A DNA stretch of 64,000 bases, from positions 20,234 through 84,233 of the forward strand of contig JAHDBM010000002.1 of NCBI GenBank assembly GCA_020630395.1, written 5' to 3'. The position numbers and the translations under genes are program-made. The notes under the pieces were generated by a model, which was not told the DNA's origin, ran no database searches, and saw only the letters and a program-made list of their open reading frames with translations. This DNA comes from Flavobacteriales bacterium. Lineage in GTDB: Bacteria > Bacteroidota > Bacteroidia > Flavobacteriales_D > CAJJDF01. Positions 61,928 to 64,000 of this stretch are shown here, piece by piece (the first letter of the stretch is position 1; each line of letters begins with the position of its first letter).

Positions 61928-63606
61928 AATATTGAAATATACCCGAAATGAATTTTTCCGTTTCGTATTAGTATAGGATTGTTTTGTTGAGAACCAAGAG
62001 CATAGCTCAAAGTAAAGAATCCTGATTTTGTTCCTAAATTAACTCCTGCCCCAAACCCATAAGGATTGTTAGAAGTATAATTGCTGGTGTTGCTTTCCAA
62101 GTAACCAACATCACCAAAAATAAAAAGAGCTGATGATTTGTCAAATAAAAATCGATATTCTAGTGTGCCAATCGAGAACGAAGAAGCATTTAAGGCTTGT
62201 TCGTTAAACCCTCTTATTGTTTTTAATCCTCCTAGTTGATACAATTCATTTTCAAAAATTACAGGACTTATTAAATGCTTTGATATTGCTTTTATTAAAA
62301 TAGTTGACCGATTAAATACCGGTATATAATATGACGCATTAATATTAAGTTGGTATTGATTGTTTTGTTCTTCTATTTGTTGGTATTCAGAAGACATAAT
62401 ATCACTATTTTTTGTTATTCTTTTTGAGCCTATTTCACTAGCAAATAGAACGGAATATCCATGCCTAGGATTTCGAATATCATCTAATTTATGTGTAGTA
62501 TATGAAAGTCCTACATAGCGTGTTTTAGTAGAGTTTTGAAAAGGTAATGTGGTCGTACTTGTTGGTGCGAGTAAATTAGTTTCATTTTGATTTAATACAT
62601 ATACACTAAAGCTTTGATTAAAAGATGGGGTGTAGCTAATCCCTGCTTTACTAGACAGTTTACTAAAGCTAGTATCTTGCCTAAAGCTAGATAAATACCC
62701 AGTTAAACCAAAAGGAGATTTAAATAAAAAAGGAGTATTAATATCAATTAAAAAATTTTGTGTTTGAACCTGTGTTTTACTCCAAGTTAATTTAATTTTT
62801 TCGGCTTGATGTAACGCATTATTTAGCTCAATGTTTATTGATCCAGTTATGGTTATATTTCCATTAGATTCATCAGGGTTTATGCCTACAATACCGTCAA
62901 ACTGATTTGAGTTTTTATCATTTAAATATAAAACAAGCATTGCTTTTCCACCATTAGAAAAAATAACTTCAGAAGATCGTATTTGAGATAATATAGGTGA
63001 TTGATTAATATTTTTAGTAATGTTTTTTAGTTTTTGTTCATTGTACAATGAGCCCGGAAGTATATTTATTAACCTATATATAATGTGTTTGTTGGTTTTG
63101 GTTTTGCCTTTAATAACAATAGAGTCTATAAAGAATAGGTCGTTTTTCTCAATGTGTATCTTAGCATTAATATAATCGTTAGTTAACTCAATATTTTTTA
63201 ATTTGATAGATGCAAATGGGTAACCTTTATTTTCCAGTTCTCTAAGTATAGCATTAAAAGAGTTATTAATAGAAGTATTAAAATCAATTTTATTAATAGA
63301 TAAGGCTGTTAAAATTTTTATAGAAGCTGAGTCTGGTGTGAGTTCATTAAAACGATAACGTTTATTTTTTTTTACAGTAACAAAAAGTGAGTCGTTTTTC
63401 CAGTATCGATTCATTTCCTTAAGCTCTAAAAAACCATAAGAAACTATATTGCTTATGCGTTTATTTAAGTCTGTTAATAGTGTTGTGGAGTCTTTATATG
63501 ATCTTGAGTGAATTAAGTTTGAACTATCATCCGAAAGAACCAATAATAACTCTTGACTTTTCAAACAAAGAGGTGTAAATAATATAAAGAGTAAAATAGA
63601 TTTCAT
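61924..63606 (-). CDS. Omp85/BamA-family outer membrane protein (POTRA-like N-terminus plus surface-antigen beta-barrel)
   Basis: 560 aa with a signal peptide. The alternating beta-strand pattern runs through the C-terminal two thirds (GIVGINPD..., GLKTIRGF, YGFGAGVNLGTKSGFFTLSYALG). The terminal aromatic signature is HFGYISIF. Confidence 0.7.
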   Translation of the reverse strand: MKSILLFILFTPLCLKSQELLLVLSDDSSNLIHSRSYKDSTTLLTDLNKRISNIVSYGFLELKEMNRYWKNDSLFVTVKKNKRYRFNELTPDSASIKILTALSINKIDFNTSINNSFNAILRELENKGYPFASIKLKNIELTNDYINAKIHIEKNDLFFIDSIVIKGKTKTNKHIIYRLINILPGSLYNEQKLKNITKNINQSPILSQIRSSEVIFSNGGKAMLVLYLNDKNSNQFDGIVGINPDESNGNITITGSINIELNNALHQAEKIKLTWSKTQVQTQNFLIDINTPFLFKSPFGLTGYLSSFRQDTSFSKLSSKAGISYTPSFNQSFSVYVLNQNETNLLAPTSTTTLPFQNSTKTRYVGLSYTTHKLDDIRNPRHGYSVLFASEIGSKRITKNSDIMSSEYQQIEEQNNQYQLNINASYYIPVFNRSTILIKAISKHLISPVIFENELYQLGGLKTIRGFNEQALNASSFSIGTLEYRFLFDKSSALFIFGDVGYLESNTSNYTSNNPYGFGAGVNLGTKSGFFTLSYALGSQQNNPILIRNGKIHFGYISIF

Positions 63607-63613
63607 CTTATAG

Positions 63614-64000
63614 TTACCAACTAATAATAGTTGAGTTTTGTTGTTTTAAAAAGGCATTAGTTTTAGAAAAATGCTTACAACCAAAAAAACCATTATGAGC
63701 TGAAAAAGGAGAAGGATGAGCTGCTTCTAAAATAAAATGCTTTTTAGTATCTATAATTTCTTTCTTTTTTTTAGCATAGTTTCCCCATAATATAAAAATT
63801 AGTCCGTTTTTTTTAGCTGATAACTCTTTTATGCAATAATCAGTAAAAATTTCCCACCCTTTCTTTTTATGAGATCCAGGTTTTGACTGTTCTACAGTTA
63901 AGATCGTATTGAGCAACAAAACCCCTTGTTTTGCCCAATGTTCTAAATTGCCATTTTGATACACTTTGCCTAAGTCATTTTTTATTTCCTTAAATATATT
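63614..64000 (-). CDS. ung: Uracil-DNA glycosylase, partial (N-terminal end beyond the right window edge)
   Basis: The frame stays open to position 64000 (NIFKEIKNDLGKVYQNGNLEHWAKQGVLLLNTILTV...). The track start at 63964 is an internal GTG. Motifs WAKQGVLLLN, LWGNYA and AHPSPFSAHNGFFGCKHFSK. Confidence 0.9.
   Translation of the reverse strand, partial: NIFKEIKNDLGKVYQNGNLEHWAKQGVLLLNTILTVEQSKPGSHKKKGWEIFTDYCIKELSAKKNGLIFILWGNYAKKKKEIIDTKKHFILEAAHPSPFSAHNGFFGCKHFSKTNAFLKQQNSTIISW

Noticed and set aside
1-64000. Search for RNA genes, mobile elements and defence systems: tRNA, rRNA, tmRNA, riboswitch-like leaders, integrase, transposase, inverted terminal repeats, restriction-modification, toxin-antitoxin, CRISPR-Cas, reverse transcriptase.
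   Set aside because: The intergenic regions are short (at most about 215 bp), extremely AT-rich and lack GC-rich stems typical of structured RNAs. None of the translated ORFs shows nuclease/ATPase/methylase/RT/recombinase motifs typical of these systems. By-eye inspection cannot exclude small ncRNAs.

Overview
Visibly AT-rich, densely coding chromosomal segment with the hallmarks of a Bacteroidota (Flavobacteriia-like) genome: TAnnTTTG -7 promoter boxes, seven type A and one type B T9SS C-terminal sorting domains, and DUF1573, DUF4271 and DUF4268-type families. I call 42 CDS, two of them cut by the window edges (sucA on the left, ung on the right; sucA is absent from the ORF track and was translated by hand). 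I also call 6 hairpin terminators, 5 candidate promoters and several tandem repeats. I found no rRNA, tRNA, CRISPR array, transposase, integrase, or recognisable defence or toxin-antitoxin genes, so nothing marks a mobile island. Housekeeping genes (sucA, rfbC, uvrA, a dsbD-like gene, an M23 peptidase, an S41 peptidase, yidD-rnpA, a hemD-like gene, ung) are interleaved with an unusually large secreted and cell-surface repertoire. The most interesting candidates, all hypotheses from sequence reading only: (1) a co-directional locus at 53.9-61.9 kb encoding a lamin-tail-domain protein, a TonB-dependent receptor, an endonuclease I and three paralogous lipoproteins. It looks like a PUL-style capture, digest and import module for extracellular nucleic acid, built without SusD. 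(2) A 1952-aa type B T9SS adhesin with a roughly 300-residue glycine-rich core that keeps Gly-X-Y triplet periodicity and contains 9-bp tandem DNA repeats. (3) A 1574-aa protein made of two different tandem-repeat families, followed by a small OmpA-like protein. Together they carry part of the domain repertoire of the T9SS component PorE, split over two genes. (4) A run of three multi-module T9SS cargo proteins at 16.6-24.8 kb. Smaller oddities include a perfect 12-bp x5 repeat fused to a terminator upstream of sucA, a secreted protein with two C1q/TNF-like halves, and a lipoprotein CotH-like kinase fused to a beta-helix. All family assignments come from motifs I recognise by eye. No database search was run.
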